From Dipteris shenzhenensis (taxonomy: Eukaryota): DNA of 64,000 nucleotides. Positions 1-13,300 of the stretch are shown one piece after another. The stretch lies in assembly GCA_047967505.1 (NCBI GenBank), contig CM106538.1; one strand, written 5' to 3'. The first letter of the stretch is position 1. Each line of letters begins with the position of its first letter. The position numbers were made by a program, and so were the translations under genes. The notes below the pieces were generated by a model. That model was not told where the DNA came from and did no database searches. It saw nothing but the letters and a program-made list of their open reading frames with translations.

Positions 1-247
1 CATGACCACTTTTGACTTTCCCTTTTTACCAACAACCATCCTCTAGGTTGTGCCCTCTGTGTGACTTGCGGATTCCATCTCCTTATCTTGGATGTTGCTG
101 GCAAACTCCCATTCCATCTTCTGGCTAGGGTCGTTGGACTGATCCGTTGGAGATGCCAAGCTATTTTCTCACTTATCACTTGCTACCAACTAGGTATTGA
201 TAGCCTTCTTTGGGTAGTTCCTTGCCTCTTTCTTGCATAATGGGTTG

Positions 248-790
248 TCACATAACCATAGCAAGAGTTGGGGATGACCCCAAACCTAACTTGATGCACA
301 AAGACATAGTAGGAGTTGAGGACGACCCCAAACCTAACTTGATGCACAAAGGGCACACCATTGGCCTTTTTGATCTAGACAAAGTTAGGAGTGTCTTGGA
401 TCCTATCCCATAGGATGCAAGCATCTTCGGGGGTGGAGGAACAAGGAGAACCCTTCCCAAGGTTGATGCAATGCCCTCCATTGAGTCACCTAGAATCATA
501 CGTAAATTCGAGAAATCAATCCACACAGGGCACTCTCTGTAAAGAAATTCATCGATGCTGAATGTAGGTCTCCACAGGAAAACCAACATTGTCATGCTTG
601 CAAATACATAGGAGTGAGGGGCCAACTCATTCCTAAGCTTCTCTGAGACTAGCCGAAGCAAGAAGAAGCCTTTTCCAAGAAACTTGGCGGAGAAGGAAAT
701 AGAGGTATTATCGCATATGTAAAGAAGAAAATCCTCCATTTCGTCCATTGAAGGAATTTTCTCGATAAAGTTTAGAGATATAGACCTCCA
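248..790 (-). pseudogene. Fragment of a LINE ORF1-like (DUF4283-type) protein
   Basis: The translation '...SAKFLGKGFFLLRL...MLVFLWRPTFS...CPVWIDFSNL...IASTLGRVL' resembles the recalled DUF4283 pattern (LGxGFFL, W.P.F, PVW, IAS.LG). The C-terminal part degenerates into a short tandem duplication (about 270-351). Confidence 0.6.
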
Positions 791-1524
791 TTTGCTAGTA
801 TACTGAGCTCTAGCTTGACATTAGCCAAATCCGGCTTGGAAGACACTACATGCTTCTTGCCCACCTCAAACCAGGGTTTGTTTGCGACTTACCTCACTCT
901 CCTGTTTGCGTAAGTGTGCATCAGCTTGGTTACCAGATCATCATCAAGTTCAGAGAATCCCCCTTGCATCCTTTTGGCCACTGTCTCAACATACGATGTG
1001 TGATGCAAATCATCCTCTTTATGAGTGGCACGATTCAACTCAAAGGATTCAAGTCAGAGCCTTCATTGTGGGGGTCCTCTTTCACCCCACATTCCAAGGC
1101 AACCTCTTTCTCTTTAGACATTTCTGCACATGCTTTGGCCTCGTTTACTGACTCAGCCCATCTTGGGTGCTTGGCCCAAGATCTCTCACACAACTTAGGT
1201 GGAGAAGTGACATACGAAATGCTCATGCACTAATGAGGGAAAAGATCCTTCTTGATAGCATATAATGTTTTGGCTACAAACCCCCTCCCTATTTGGATGG
1301 TGTAGTTGGTGACCATCTTTTCTTAAAAGGATCAAAAAGAGGGGTATTCAACACCCTTAAGTGACATAATAAACCGAAGTTGAAAATTTTATTAGAGTAA
1401 ATTGAATGATGTGTTAGAATAAATAAATTGAATATGGTGTTAGAACAAATATAAACCTATGTTTTTGTTTTTTCAATGAGACCTTACAAAAAATTAGGTG
1501 ACAACAATAGAGATAATTAAATAC

Positions 1525-1752
1525 TTTTATAATAAAAAGAAGAAATTAGAAGGAGATTGAAAAAGTAAAGCGTAAAAAAGGAAAAAAATTATACATTAAT
1601 TAATTATTAATACATCATGTATTTTCGGGCCAAACCAACATAAGTTAACTAATCTCGCAATTGATATACATAGGGGATAATATTAGTTACATAAGGGACA
1701 ATATATAAGTTAAATCACCCAATTGATATGCATAAGAGACAAGTAAATAAAT

Positions 1753-1789
<37 letters not shown>

Positions 1790-2534
1790 TAAAAAGAATA
1801 GGAATTTAAAAATGTATTTATTAGTAGAAGAACAACATTACAGTTTGGTCCCACAAAGAGGACGTTCGACCGCCACTGAAGAATGCATGTAAGAAGACAT
1901 TTGAACACCACTTGTGAAGGGTATGAAAGCATTAGATTTCATTTGAAGGTAGTGGGAAGTGCATTGGGAGATGTTGGGGAGGGGGGGGTTGGTAGTTCCA
2001 TAAAGTATATTATTAAAAGTAAAATAAGGGCGATATAAAAAATGCTATTAACTAGTAAGAATTAATGCTTATAAGAAAGGATAACAAATTAATAGGAGAA
2101 AAGAGGAGGGGGGGGCATGAAAGATTAAACTAATGGCAAAAAAGAAAAGAAAGTAAGGGGGGTTAATATAAAGTAATGGGGGGGGAGGAATAATAAAGTA
2201 ATGGGGGGTTGTATAAATAAAATAAGAGGGGGGGCGGGGGAATGATTTGGGTTTGTATAGTTTGTATAAAGTAATGGGTTTTTCAAAAAAATGTAAAGGG
2301 GGGTTGTATAAGTGAAGGAGTGGCAAAAATGGGGAGCATTGGGGGGGGGGGGGGGTGTACAAAGTAAAGGGTTTTGAAAGATATGATAATGGGGGTTAAA
2401 TACATAAAGTAATGGCATTGGGGGGGGGGGGGGGGGTGTATAAAGTAATGGGTTTTAAAAGATAAGGTAATGGGGGGTTGTATAAATAAAGTAATGGCAT
2501 GGGGGGGGAAGGAGCTAATAAGTATCGGTATGTC
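1525..2534 (-). repeat. Left copy of a long inverted repeat (partner at 16779-18614); G-tract rich, with a (TA)n run
   Basis: 1525-1997 is the reverse complement of about 18150-18614, and 1998-2534 of about 16779-17305. The same spurious peptides appear in the ORF track on opposite strands. Confidence 0.92.
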
Positions 2535-2558
2535 AGAGAGTCAAAAAGTGTATGTGTG

Positions 2559-2560
<2 letters not shown>

Positions 2561-2632
<72 letters not shown>

Positions 2633-2735
2633 GAACTTTGCAATGATATAAGCATGATGCATATGCACATGCATCCATACACATCATACACATGCACACA
2701 CACCCACACACATCATGCTTAAATCATTGCATACT

Positions 2736-2792
<57 letters not shown>
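2561..2792. repeat. Microsatellite-armed inverted repeat (hairpin): (TG)n(AG)n plus unique arm, loop, unique arm plus (CT)n(CA)n
   Basis: gtgaactttgcaatgatataagcatgatg (2631-2659) is the near reverse complement of catcatgcttaaatcattgcatacttcat (2711-2739). The flanking microsatellites are also mutual reverse complements. Confidence 0.85.
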
Positions 2793-2794
<2 letters not shown>

Positions 2795-4368
2795 CTCCCT
2801 TCCCCTTGATAGTGTGAGAATGAGGAGGGTATTAGGAGATTATCTCCTGGTATGGGGAGTATTGGCATTACCACCCTATAAGGCGCCACTCTATGGGGAT
2901 TAACACAAAGGAGAAGGAAATACATGATGAATATTAACACAGCTATGGGAGGGACAGATTCGTCCCCCTAGTCTTTCACATAGAGGATACAGTCACCCTT
3001 CATCCCAGCAATGATCCAAAATACCCCGAATAGGGACTAGGTAATTGGGGATTCATGTTTTCTTTAAAGGTGAAGTATGAACCTTAGATATGGGAGTAAG
3101 GACAATGGACAAGGAATGTTTCTATGGAGGCCTTTTAATTGCATAGGTGCTCATTTGCCCCATTATGGGGCTCTTTGATAATAGAAAAATGAATGAGTTG
3201 CTTCCTAAGGTTGGTGAATACCCTTAGTGACTATTGTAATTTTTAATATGAAGAAGACAAGCCAGGACACGGACTTGCAAGGGTAGCTAGTGGACATTTG
3301 GGTGTCTTTGAATGACATGTGGTTAAATACTCCAGGGTTATAGGGCTACCCTCGAGATAATGAAGAGGACACATGAAATGCCACATACAATATAGTCACC
3401 CTAGACTACTAGCCTAGAGAATACCATTGACGGCCTAATAGACAGCGCAGTAATAAATTATGGTACTAGCTCGTGGAATCAATGGGATAAGTATGTGCAC
3501 ACTTACTTTGGCACCAAGATTAATGAAGAGGCAGAGTTTGGCGTGCAATACCCCAGGAAAAACATATCTAGACCTTTATGCCTTCAAGGAGGGTAAACAC
3601 AATACCCCATAAGGCTTTGGATTCCTAGGGAGTAGCTCACACATTGAATGTGAGTCTTTGGCTATAGGGATCCAGTAGAGATCCGAACAACTAAAGGAGA
3701 TACACTACGAACGGTGGTTCTAATGCATTGGGGGAGATGCCTCTGACAAGAAGGGAGGACGACAGATGGTTCACAGGCCAATGATAGCTCAACTTACTTT
3801 GCCTAAAATGGAGGAGACCTAGGTGAGTGCCTCACAATGGGAGCCTCCCTTCAAGCCAGGCGAATTGGCATCGAGAACTTACCAACGTAGGGAGGGAATA
3901 CCTTTTGTATTAGATCAGACCCTGCCTCCTAACATTTGGAAGGAGGGATGCTTGATATACGTTGCATGGCTCCTCCAAGGAGCTCAGTTCCAGCAGAGTG
4001 CTGAGGCAACGAGGCACGAGGATGCTCCTCTCAGATCCCTAGAAGCCTGGCTCATAATGCCCACCTTATGATTGGGAAATGCGACTAGGTGGGAGTGTTC
4101 AGACTTTTGCATGTGGGCTAACGTTTGGGACGAGTATGTTTGAGGGAAATAGGAGATACATTAGTCATCTCTATCGACTCGTCTTTGTAGAGATCCCATA
4201 CTACACAGAGTTATGTAGGAGCACTCTAAATACATTACTTGGCTACACCAAGGGAACCCCCCGCTTGCATGCACATGCGGATGAGACGAGATAACATCGC
4301 ACTAGATGGTGTCGGTCCTAACATAGTGTGCATGATCGTTATGCTGGAGGATACTAAGGCATGATTAG

Positions 4369-4539
4369 TGGAAGTGCTCTCAATAGAAGCAATAGCGGAA
4401 GAGGGAGAGAGAGAAACAGAGAGCCACACAAGTTTTGGTGGGTGTAGAACCACCCTAATCTTCTTTTTCATTCATTTATATATGTGTTTGAGTATTGTAC
4501 ATAACTGAGGTAAAGGCATAGTGACGTTTAACCCCCACA
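4369..4539 (-). repeat. Copia 3' LTR
   Basis: TG...CA termini; about 16 substitutions (by-eye count) versus the other LTR; adjacent PPT at 4540-4550 (AAGTGGGAGGT on the minus strand). Confidence 0.95.
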
Positions 4540-4592
4540 ACCTCCCACTTAAAGGACAATGTGCCTTTAAGGGAGAACAACTAGTGAGCATA

Positions 4593-7500
4593 CTATCCAA
4601 TGCCCATCAATACATGACAATACTCAAAGTGCTGACTAGGTAGACTCTTCATCAGCATATCTACAGGGTTATCATCTGTATGGAACTTGACAAGCTCTAT
4701 GCGCTTGTCCTCAAGTATCTCCCTGATGAAATGGTACCTGACCTCAATGTGTTTGGTCTTTGCATGAAAGACCAGATTCCATGCTAGCTGAATAGCACTC
4801 ATGGAATCACTATGCAATGTCGATACACCTGTATGATTCCCCAAATCTCCCACTAGCCGATCAAGCCATATAGCCTCCTTGCAACCCTCTGTGGCTACAA
4901 CATACTCAGCCAACATACTCAGCCTCTGTGGTAGACAAAGCAATGCACTTCTGTGCTGAGACATCCACGACACTACACCACCTACAAAGGTGAACACATA
5001 ACCAAAAGTGGATCTCCTACTATCCACATGCCCTGCATAGTCTAAATCTGTGTACCCAAGTACACGCATGTCTCCTTTACCAAAGCAGATGCACATCTCC
5101 TTGGTACCCTTCATGTACCTCATGATGCACTTAACTGCCTCCCAATGCCTCTTTCCTAGATTAGCCATATACCGGCTAACAACTCCCACTGCAAATGCAA
5201 TGTCTGGTCTAGTAGCTATCATAGCATACATAAGACTCCCAACTGCTGATGCATAAGGAACCTTGGCCATCATGGCCCTCTCCTCATCTGATTTGGGACT
5301 ATCTGTATGACTCAGTTTCACATATGGAGGCAATGGAGTACTCACTGCCTTCCCCCCCTCCATATTGAAACGCTGCAATACTTTTGTAACATACTACTTC
5401 TGTGAAAGCCAAAGGAGTTTCCTACTTCGATCACATGTGATGCGCATACTAAGAATATGACCTGCAAGCCCCAAATCCTTCATATCAAAGACCTCATGCA
5501 ACTTGGCCTTTAATGCATCTAGCTCATAAGTATTCTTGCTAGCCAATAGCATCCACATATAGTGTCAGGAGTATCAAGCTATTATCCTTAGCCCTTTTAG
5601 TGTAGAGGCAGTGATCAATTTCACTCCTTCTAAAACCATGGGACTAAATGAAAGCATCAAACTTTTGATACCATTCTCTAGGTGCTTGCTTAAGACCATA
5701 GGAGGACCATAGAGACTCTTCTTCAGCTTGCAAACTAAATGCTCTTTGTCCTTTTCTTCAAAGCCTTCTGGCTGCACCATGTAAATTTCCTCATGCAAAT
5801 CCCCATGCAAGAAAGCTATCTTGACATTCATCTGCATAAGCTCCATATCCTCTGATGCCACTAGTCCAAGCATGCATCTAAGTGTGGTCATCTTCACAAC
5901 TAGAGAGAATATCTCATCAAAGTCCACACCCTTCTCTTGCTTGAACCCTTTAGCAACCAAACGGGCCTTGTACCTAGGCACATCATCACCTGTGACCTTC
6001 ATTTTGTAGACCCATTTACATGGCAATGCTTTCTTTCCATGTGGCAAAGAAACCAAGAGGAAACCAAGTCCCAAGTCTTATTCTTCATAAGTGAACTCAT
6101 CTCTAATTGCATTAGCATACTCCCACTTGCGTTGATCCTCGTGCATCATAGCCTCTCTGTAGCAAGAAGGCTCCCCGCAATCAGTAAGCATCACATAGTC
6201 TACCCCTGGAACAAACCTATCAGGTGGTCTAGACACTCTAGATGATCTTCTCGAGGGCATTTCAGCTTGCTGTCCCACTTGCATATCAGCCACATTTGGC
6301 TCATCATTTCCACCAATAGATGATCCATCATCTACCCTTGATTATATACGTATGGGAGTACTTGGTGGTACCATTTCTTGCACATTTGGTGCATGGACAA
6401 CTTGATGTCTATCAACATATGTAGGTGGATTCACATCTTGGAAAGTGATTCTCCTCATTTCCACATCCCTCATGGGTGCCTTATGCATCTTCTTCTTATT
6501 GAAGACTACATCATGGCTGCCTATGATCTTCTTTGCTTCTGGATTCCAGAGACGATAGCCCATCTCTCCACTTTCACCATAACCCAGAAAGATGCATTTC
6601 CTAGACTTAGGATCTAGCTTCTTTCGAAGCTCTTTCGACACATGTGCATATGCCTCACACCCAAATATATGCAAATGAGAGTAAGAAGGCTTCTTGCCAC
6701 TCCATGCCTCTTCAGAAATACCACCATCCAAACTCTTACTAGGTGATCTATTGATCACATGCACTGCAGTCTTCATTGCCTCAGCCCAAAAACCACCAGA
6801 AAGACTTGCATTGGAAAGCATGCATTGCAACCTTTCTTGAATAGTACGGTTCATCTTTTCTGCAACTGGATTCTACTCTGGAGTACGAGGGGATGTGAGC
6901 TCCCTCTTAATCCCACGTGTATCATAGAAATGCTAAAAGTCATGAGAGAGATACTCTCCACCATTGTCAATCTGTACGCGTTTAAGCATTCTACCTGACT
7001 GATTCTTAACCAAGGCCAGCCATTTCTGAAATACCTAGACCACATCACTCTTTCGAGCTATAGCATAATTCCACACTTTCCTAATTGCATCATCAATGAA
7101 TGTCACATAGTATTCAGTCCCGCCTAATGACCGTGCAGGCATGGGACCACATAGGTCTGAATGCACCAAATCTAGCTTTTTAAACTCTTTCTTTCCCCTT
7201 CTTTTATGGGCTGATTTAGTCTGCTTCCCATAGAGACAGTGCTCACAAAATTCAAAATCAGAGAAACTCAAATGCGGTACATAACCCAAACGACATAAGA
7301 GTTTCATCCCATTTTGGCTCATATGGCCCAACCGGCAATGCCATAAAGAAGTGCTTGGCTGCTCAGTTATTGCAACAACATGATCAAATACCCCTGATAC
7401 ATGTAAGGGATACAAAGTCCCACACTTGGCACCCCTGGCCAAAAGCATAGAGCCCTTCTGAATTTTCCAACTTTGAAAGCCAAAAGTGGTGTGAAAACTA

Positions 7501-8673
7501 GCATCATCTAGCTGACCCACTGAAATAAGACTCTTGAACAACTTAGGCACATGTCTCACATGTTTCAAAATAAATGCAGACCCATTTGCAAAAGAAAACT
7601 TTATGTCACCTACTCCCACCATGTCACATGCATAGTCATTTCCAAGATGCACACAACCTGTCTTTCCACTGTCATAAGTGGAGAACCATTCCCTATGGGG
7701 AGTAACATGGAATGAAGCACCAGAATCTCCAAAATCCAATCCTGGGAATATGCATCATCTAAAGTGGTAAGCAACTCTACAGATAAACTAGACATGAAGA
7801 GAATGTCATTGTCACTATCATGTTGGCTGCATTGATCTCCTCGATCTTCACTTTTCCTTTGTCCTCCCTTGGACTCTCTTCCTTTTGATTTGCACCCCAA
7901 TTTGCATTCTTTTTCTTATCCTTTTGCTCTCTTTTCAGCTTGTAGCAATCCTTTTTCATATGGCCCTTCTTGCCATAGTGGTAACACTCAATGTTCTGTG
8001 CCCTGGATTTGCTACGAGACTTCCCTCTTTCTTGGGACTTCCCCCTGAACTATGATCTGCCCCTTTGCACATTTAAGGCTGCATCCTGCTTGTTGTCGTC
8101 CATAGACTTCTGTCTAATCTCCTCGGCCAACAAGCTACCCACAACATCATCAAATTTCAGTACTCCACCAGGTGCAGAGTTACTAACAGCTGTACGGAAG
8201 GTATCCCATGAGGATGGCAATGAACACAAGAGACATATTGCCTTAGTCTCCGCATCAAAATTCATCTTCTGAGCGTGAAGCTGGCTGAAAATAATATTGA
8301 ATTCATTCAAGTGAGAAGCAATGGAGACCCCTTCCTTCATCTGTAGCTCAAACAACCTCTTCATGAGGTAAACTTTATTAGAGGCAGTTTCCTTTTCATA
8401 AGTGGCACATAGTTTCTTCCACAAATCATCCATAGTCTCCTCATTTACTACTGTGAAATAAACTGACTCTGCAAGATGAAGTCTAATAGTAGATTTTGCT
8501 AATGCATCCAACTCATTCCAATCATCCTCAGACATATTTGCAGGCTTAGCTTCAATCCCTGTCAAGGGTTTAATCTACTTCTTTTGAATAAGTACATCCC
8601 TTATCTGTTCTTTCCACAAAGAAAAGTTTGTCCCGTCAAAATTTTTAATGTTGAAAAACTCCTTTTCAGACAT
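4593..8673 (-). pseudogene. Copia gag-pol polyprotein with multiple stops and frameshifts
   Basis: Gag MSEKEFFNIKNFDGTNFSLWK and ASNKVYLMKRLF; PR DSGASFH; GAG-pre-integrase LWHCRLGH; INT VHSDLCGP and FIDD; RT CKWVYK and YKARLVAKGF, with YVDD broken by a small deletion near 5550; RH DSMSAI and KHIEVRYHFIRE. Confidence 0.96.
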
Positions 8674-10167
8674 GGAAGAGAATGCAATAATGCAAATAAA
8701 GCAAAATCCCAAATGCTAGTGCCTACAAGAGAGAATCACACCAAATACCAGGTGCACCCAAATGTGTATGCCACAATAGAGTGAAATATCACCAAAACTC
8801 ATGTCTCAAAGCATTTGACTCATGTGCATATACTATGCATCCATATGAGCAAATCTGGCCCAAAAGAAAATGCCAACTGCAATGGCAATCCAAAATGCCA
8901 ATAAGTGCCAAATGACTCAAGTATAAACACCGTCCACTAGCATATGCATTAATAATATCTCATCCAAGAGAGCATAGCACTATCAGTGCATCACCTGCAG
9001 TGTGTCAAAGCTGTCCCTCAGCATAAAATAGCATCCATGTGCAAAGCGTCCATAAAAATAGCATCCCACAAGGTAATTTGGGCCTATCAGCGCATCCAAT
9101 AAGGACCGCAATGCATCCAAATGGCCTATAAATCATCCACTGCAACCCAATGCACACCACGAACGAGCGCACACTACTCAAACTCTGCAACCACAGTGAT
9201 CAGCATAAGGCATGCTCAAGAAATCATAGTCCCACGGTAATGACCGCTACTAAAAATAGAACCTAAGATGCCTCAAAACATGGGCATCATTGCATAATCG
9301 GACTCAGCAAGAAAATCTGCAAATATCTCTCTTCTGCCAGAACTCCAAAATCCCAACCGATGAGTGAGAAATGGGAGTCAATACTTATCCAATGGGAGTC
9401 AACACTTATCCACTACCTGTGGCATGAATCTAAGGTTTCAAAACCTTAGAATGAAAAATGCATAACAAAGAGATGAAATTGAATACACAAAGATCTATAA
9501 CTCTAAAAATCCTCCATCGAATCATGTAAGAACTAACAGGTAGGGGTTTTTAGGCATCCGAAATGCAATGGGACAGACGGTTTTGGAAACCGTGGTCTGA
9601 ATCATCGGGTCCAACACACGGAGTAAAAAACGCTTTTGGAAACAGAGCTATTTGTAAACTCCACCAGAGTGCAAATAATGAGCAACATAGAAGTTTTAGG
9701 ACCTCCTGAGTCCACCGGAACTGACAGATCTGCAAATGGTTGCTCCAAACTTGAGTTCCAACACCCAGGCAAAAAAAAACACTCGGGCAGAAAAACGCAA
9801 AAACTGACACAGTGAGTCAGAAATCCAATGAAATGATCCCAGATTCAAGAATGAAGATGTTTCCAAGCTCCTGAAGTGAAGTGGACACCAAAAGCAAGCA
9901 ATAGTTGCCTCTACAAGTCAATACGGAGTCTCTGTCATCGAACAGAACAGGGAAAAGCTCAAAAAACGACTTTTTCTTTGAAAACACTTAACAAGCTCTC
10001 AAAACCACTTCGCAAAACCAAAGTGACTTTTCCAAAGGGTCCTCCAAGGTCTCTACACAGTCGGATGCAAGTAAAGTCACCCACAAAGCTTCCCACAGAG
10101 CTTCTCCTTCCTCCCACAGAGTTGCTGAGCTTCTAGGCATTCACACACGCTCAGCTAGATCACACGG

Positions 10168-10179
10168 GCTCTGATACCA
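10168..10179 (-). promoter_or_regulatory. Primer-binding site, initiator tRNA-Met
   Basis: TGGTATCAGAGC on the minus strand, 2 nt from the 5' LTR. Confidence 0.95.
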
Positions 10180-10181
10180 AT

Positions 10182-10352
10182 TGAGAGTGCTCTCAACGGA
10201 AGCAATAGCAGAAGGGGGAGAGAGAGAGACAGAGAGCCACACAAGTTTCGGTGGGTACAGAACCACCCTAATCTTCTTTTTCATTCATTTGTATATGTGT
10301 TTGAGTATTGTACATAATCGAGGTAAAGGCACAGTGACCTTTAACCCCCATA
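10182..10352 (-). repeat. Copia 5' LTR
   Basis: Matches 4369-4539; the right terminus reads TA instead of CA and is followed by the ATTAG TSD. Confidence 0.95.
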
Positions 10353-13300
10353 ATTAGAAGAAGAACCACGGTGGTCTCTAGGCATATGCTGCATGATGTT
10401 AAAAATAGGTGACTCGCTCTCCACTAGACGAGTAGATGAGAGGCTGTAGCTGGTTGTTAGAAGAAACATAAGTCCACAATGAAAATGCTGTCAATAGTGA
10501 GAGGCAGTTAGCCTCAACCAGGACTAAGAGGTAGAGAAGACTATGAGACCACAGCTGAGTGGTATCGAGACCATTAGGCACGGGGATGCTACTAATATGT
10601 CATAGAGGACGAGCCTGTATGCCCAGCTTGGACTAGGTTACATAAGCAGGGAAGTGGTCCTTCTAGCACTAGGGCATGAGCTTACAAGGGGACAAGAACG
10701 TACATATATGCGCGAAGCGGCTATGTATATATTTGTCATGCTTACAAAAAGCCCCCCACCACATGTTGAAGTTTTATATTAGGCAGTTTCTTTTATATTG
10801 CTTCGCCAGGGATCCGCTCACTTGCTAAATACATTTAGGTGACGTATAGAACCTTTCGTACGTTGAAAGAAATGAGGTACGCAATTCCTGGATCATCTTG
10901 CATGCTCGAATAGTTAGCATTAGATTGGAGGGAGGATCACTATGATCTCCAAGAGAACTATGCGCGAAGTAGAGCTTTATGGTTCGTATACCATCAGCAC
11001 TCATAGTACCGGTCTCTGAGAATGGCATGGTAACCTTCATAAAATAAAATCCAGTAGTTGACAGTATAGCTATAGAGATCTTATCGCGTCTCAGTAGGTA
11101 ATGGTACTACTTTCAATATGTAGCTTGGAGTGTATATGTGCAACTGACATGGCCTATTAGTGATCTTAGAAGATATGTCCCAAGGTGGCCCACTACATAT
11201 TAATTTCTCAAATTTTTAATACGCAACGGCTTGGATATGCAAGCTAAGTCTCACGTAATCTTATTACATCAAGGAGTCTGAGACAAGAGAGTCATATTGA
11301 CATAGCCATGGTATTAGGGAGCCATATTTTCAATATATATAGCAATGGAAAACTGTGAAATCCCCTTATGCTCTAGTTTTTGAAGCTTGGATAACATTTA
11401 CATATCAATTGTAGTCCTTAACATGTCGAGATATGTATATGGGACTAGAAGTGGACATGGGACTTTAGCTCGCATCTACATTCACTATAAAATAGTCAAT
11501 GAATCTTTGAATTACTAATTGTACTATCATGTGACACTCAAAAAGATGATTTAGAGAATGGACATAAGTATATTGGATAGGACGAGCTGTTATTCCTTTG
11601 CCTCCTCTTGTATGACAGCCAAAACTAAAAGTTGATGTTGGATGGACCAGGACCTACAACTTATCCACCAAATGAATTATGGATTGTTGTGGGCACACCT
11701 TATGTGTAGGATTGTGAGCTTACTAGCATGCTTTTTAGAATACTACTGTAGATGGACATGGGTAACAAATGTATAGGGGCATTGAAGCCTGTCTTCCCAA
11801 AATGTGAGACTAATTATGGTTTCTTTTTTGGATGGTGGCAGGTGAGTCCCTATACTTCTCTGCGTGGTTTCTGGAGGAGCATGCATGATGGAGCCAGATG
11901 GTGACAATAGGATGGAAACTGAAACTATAAAGAACTGAATTTTTGGCTATCAGCTTTTTTCACTACCTTTTAATCTACAAATACTATTAATCCCATGGAT
12001 CGTATGGATGGAACTTCTCTTGATGATTTTTTGAAAACAGTTGGATATTTTGTGGCAAGTAGTTATTCCACATGTTCGGTTTGAAGCCTGCTTTGACTGA
12101 TATCCAAAATGAGAAAAACTAATTATGGAGGCCTTGACCTCCTTCTATTGACGAGCAGTTTTTTGTGGATAACTCTAGACAATGAACTTGACTTGGATAA
12201 GATAGCTCTTGGAAGCTACAAACATTTCTCTTAATCCTGAGGTTTTATACATAATGATCTTCTGACAGTATGAGGGCTAATGTTCTTTTTATGGAAATGA
12301 GGAAATGACTGCTTTTACATTGCATAGGTTATGTTTATAAATGACTTGGGCAGTTAGTAGAATATGGATGATATGTTTGATTGCCTTAGGGGATGAATGG
12401 GTTGAATGAGAATATGCTATTTCAGTTCCATTAAAATAGGACTAAATACTAGTAGTGAAGCTTAAGGGGAATAGTTCCAAGTAACCACCTAGAGATGACA
12501 AAATGGATTGGGGTAAGTACCATTTGCTCTTGCTTGGGCATATACTCATTATAATGGAAATTTACAAAAGAAAGAGCAGTAAGAGGTATTGATTGGAATT
12601 AGCTTGGCGTATTACCTATAGTCTTGGGATTGGGAACTAGAAGAGAAAGATTTATCTAAGAATGTACTGAAGTTGCATGTGAGTAGATAGGATAAAACAC
12701 ACACACACACACACTCCTCCCCTTGGGGACCCTTGTGACCCTAGGTGTGCATGATGGGTCCACATGACTTTTATGCTACGGCCCCCCACATTGGTATGGG
12801 AGAGGAGTATCCTATCACTTGTTTAACACTTTGATGACCTTGGATATTATTATTGAAAGTTGGAGAAAAAGGTGCCTTCACTTTGTTGGATTTTTTGGTC
12901 CTTTATGTTTACTGTGAGATTTGGTAAATTTGGAATGTCTTTTCCCCAAAGTTATTAATCAATGGGAATTAGTGGATGGTGGTTTCACATACATGATTCC
13001 TAGTAATTTCGAAACATGACAAATGGGAGTTAGAAATTGATGGGACCAAAAAGGATATTGTTGGAGGAATTTTAATGGACATGCTTGGCAAGGAAATGGC
13101 ACATGCTATGAGAGGAGCATGGTGGAAATATGGCCACGTAGCAAATATTAAACTAAGAGAGCATGCCCCTTAATGCAAGAGAAGGTACACTCTTCCTTCA
13201 CCTCTAAGATACTTACTGAAACGGCTTCCACACAGCTCCAAGAAATGTGTGAAACTTCACATATCCCCGCATATCTAAGAGCTCACCTCCATCTGCTTTG

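Larger units (their letters stand above)
4369..10352 (-). mobile_element. Full-length decayed Ty1/Copia LTR retrotransposon (Tnt1/Tork-like)
   Basis: 171-bp LTRs at 4369-4539 and 10182-10352, ATTAG target-site duplication (4364-4368 and 10353-10357), tRNA-Met PBS, PPT, and gag-PR-INT-RT-RH domain order. Confidence 0.97.

Noticed and set aside
1490-1506. Possible LTR terminus (TGTTGTCACCTAATTT on the minus strand)
   Set aside because: No partner LTR, PBS or TSD was identifiable within the window.
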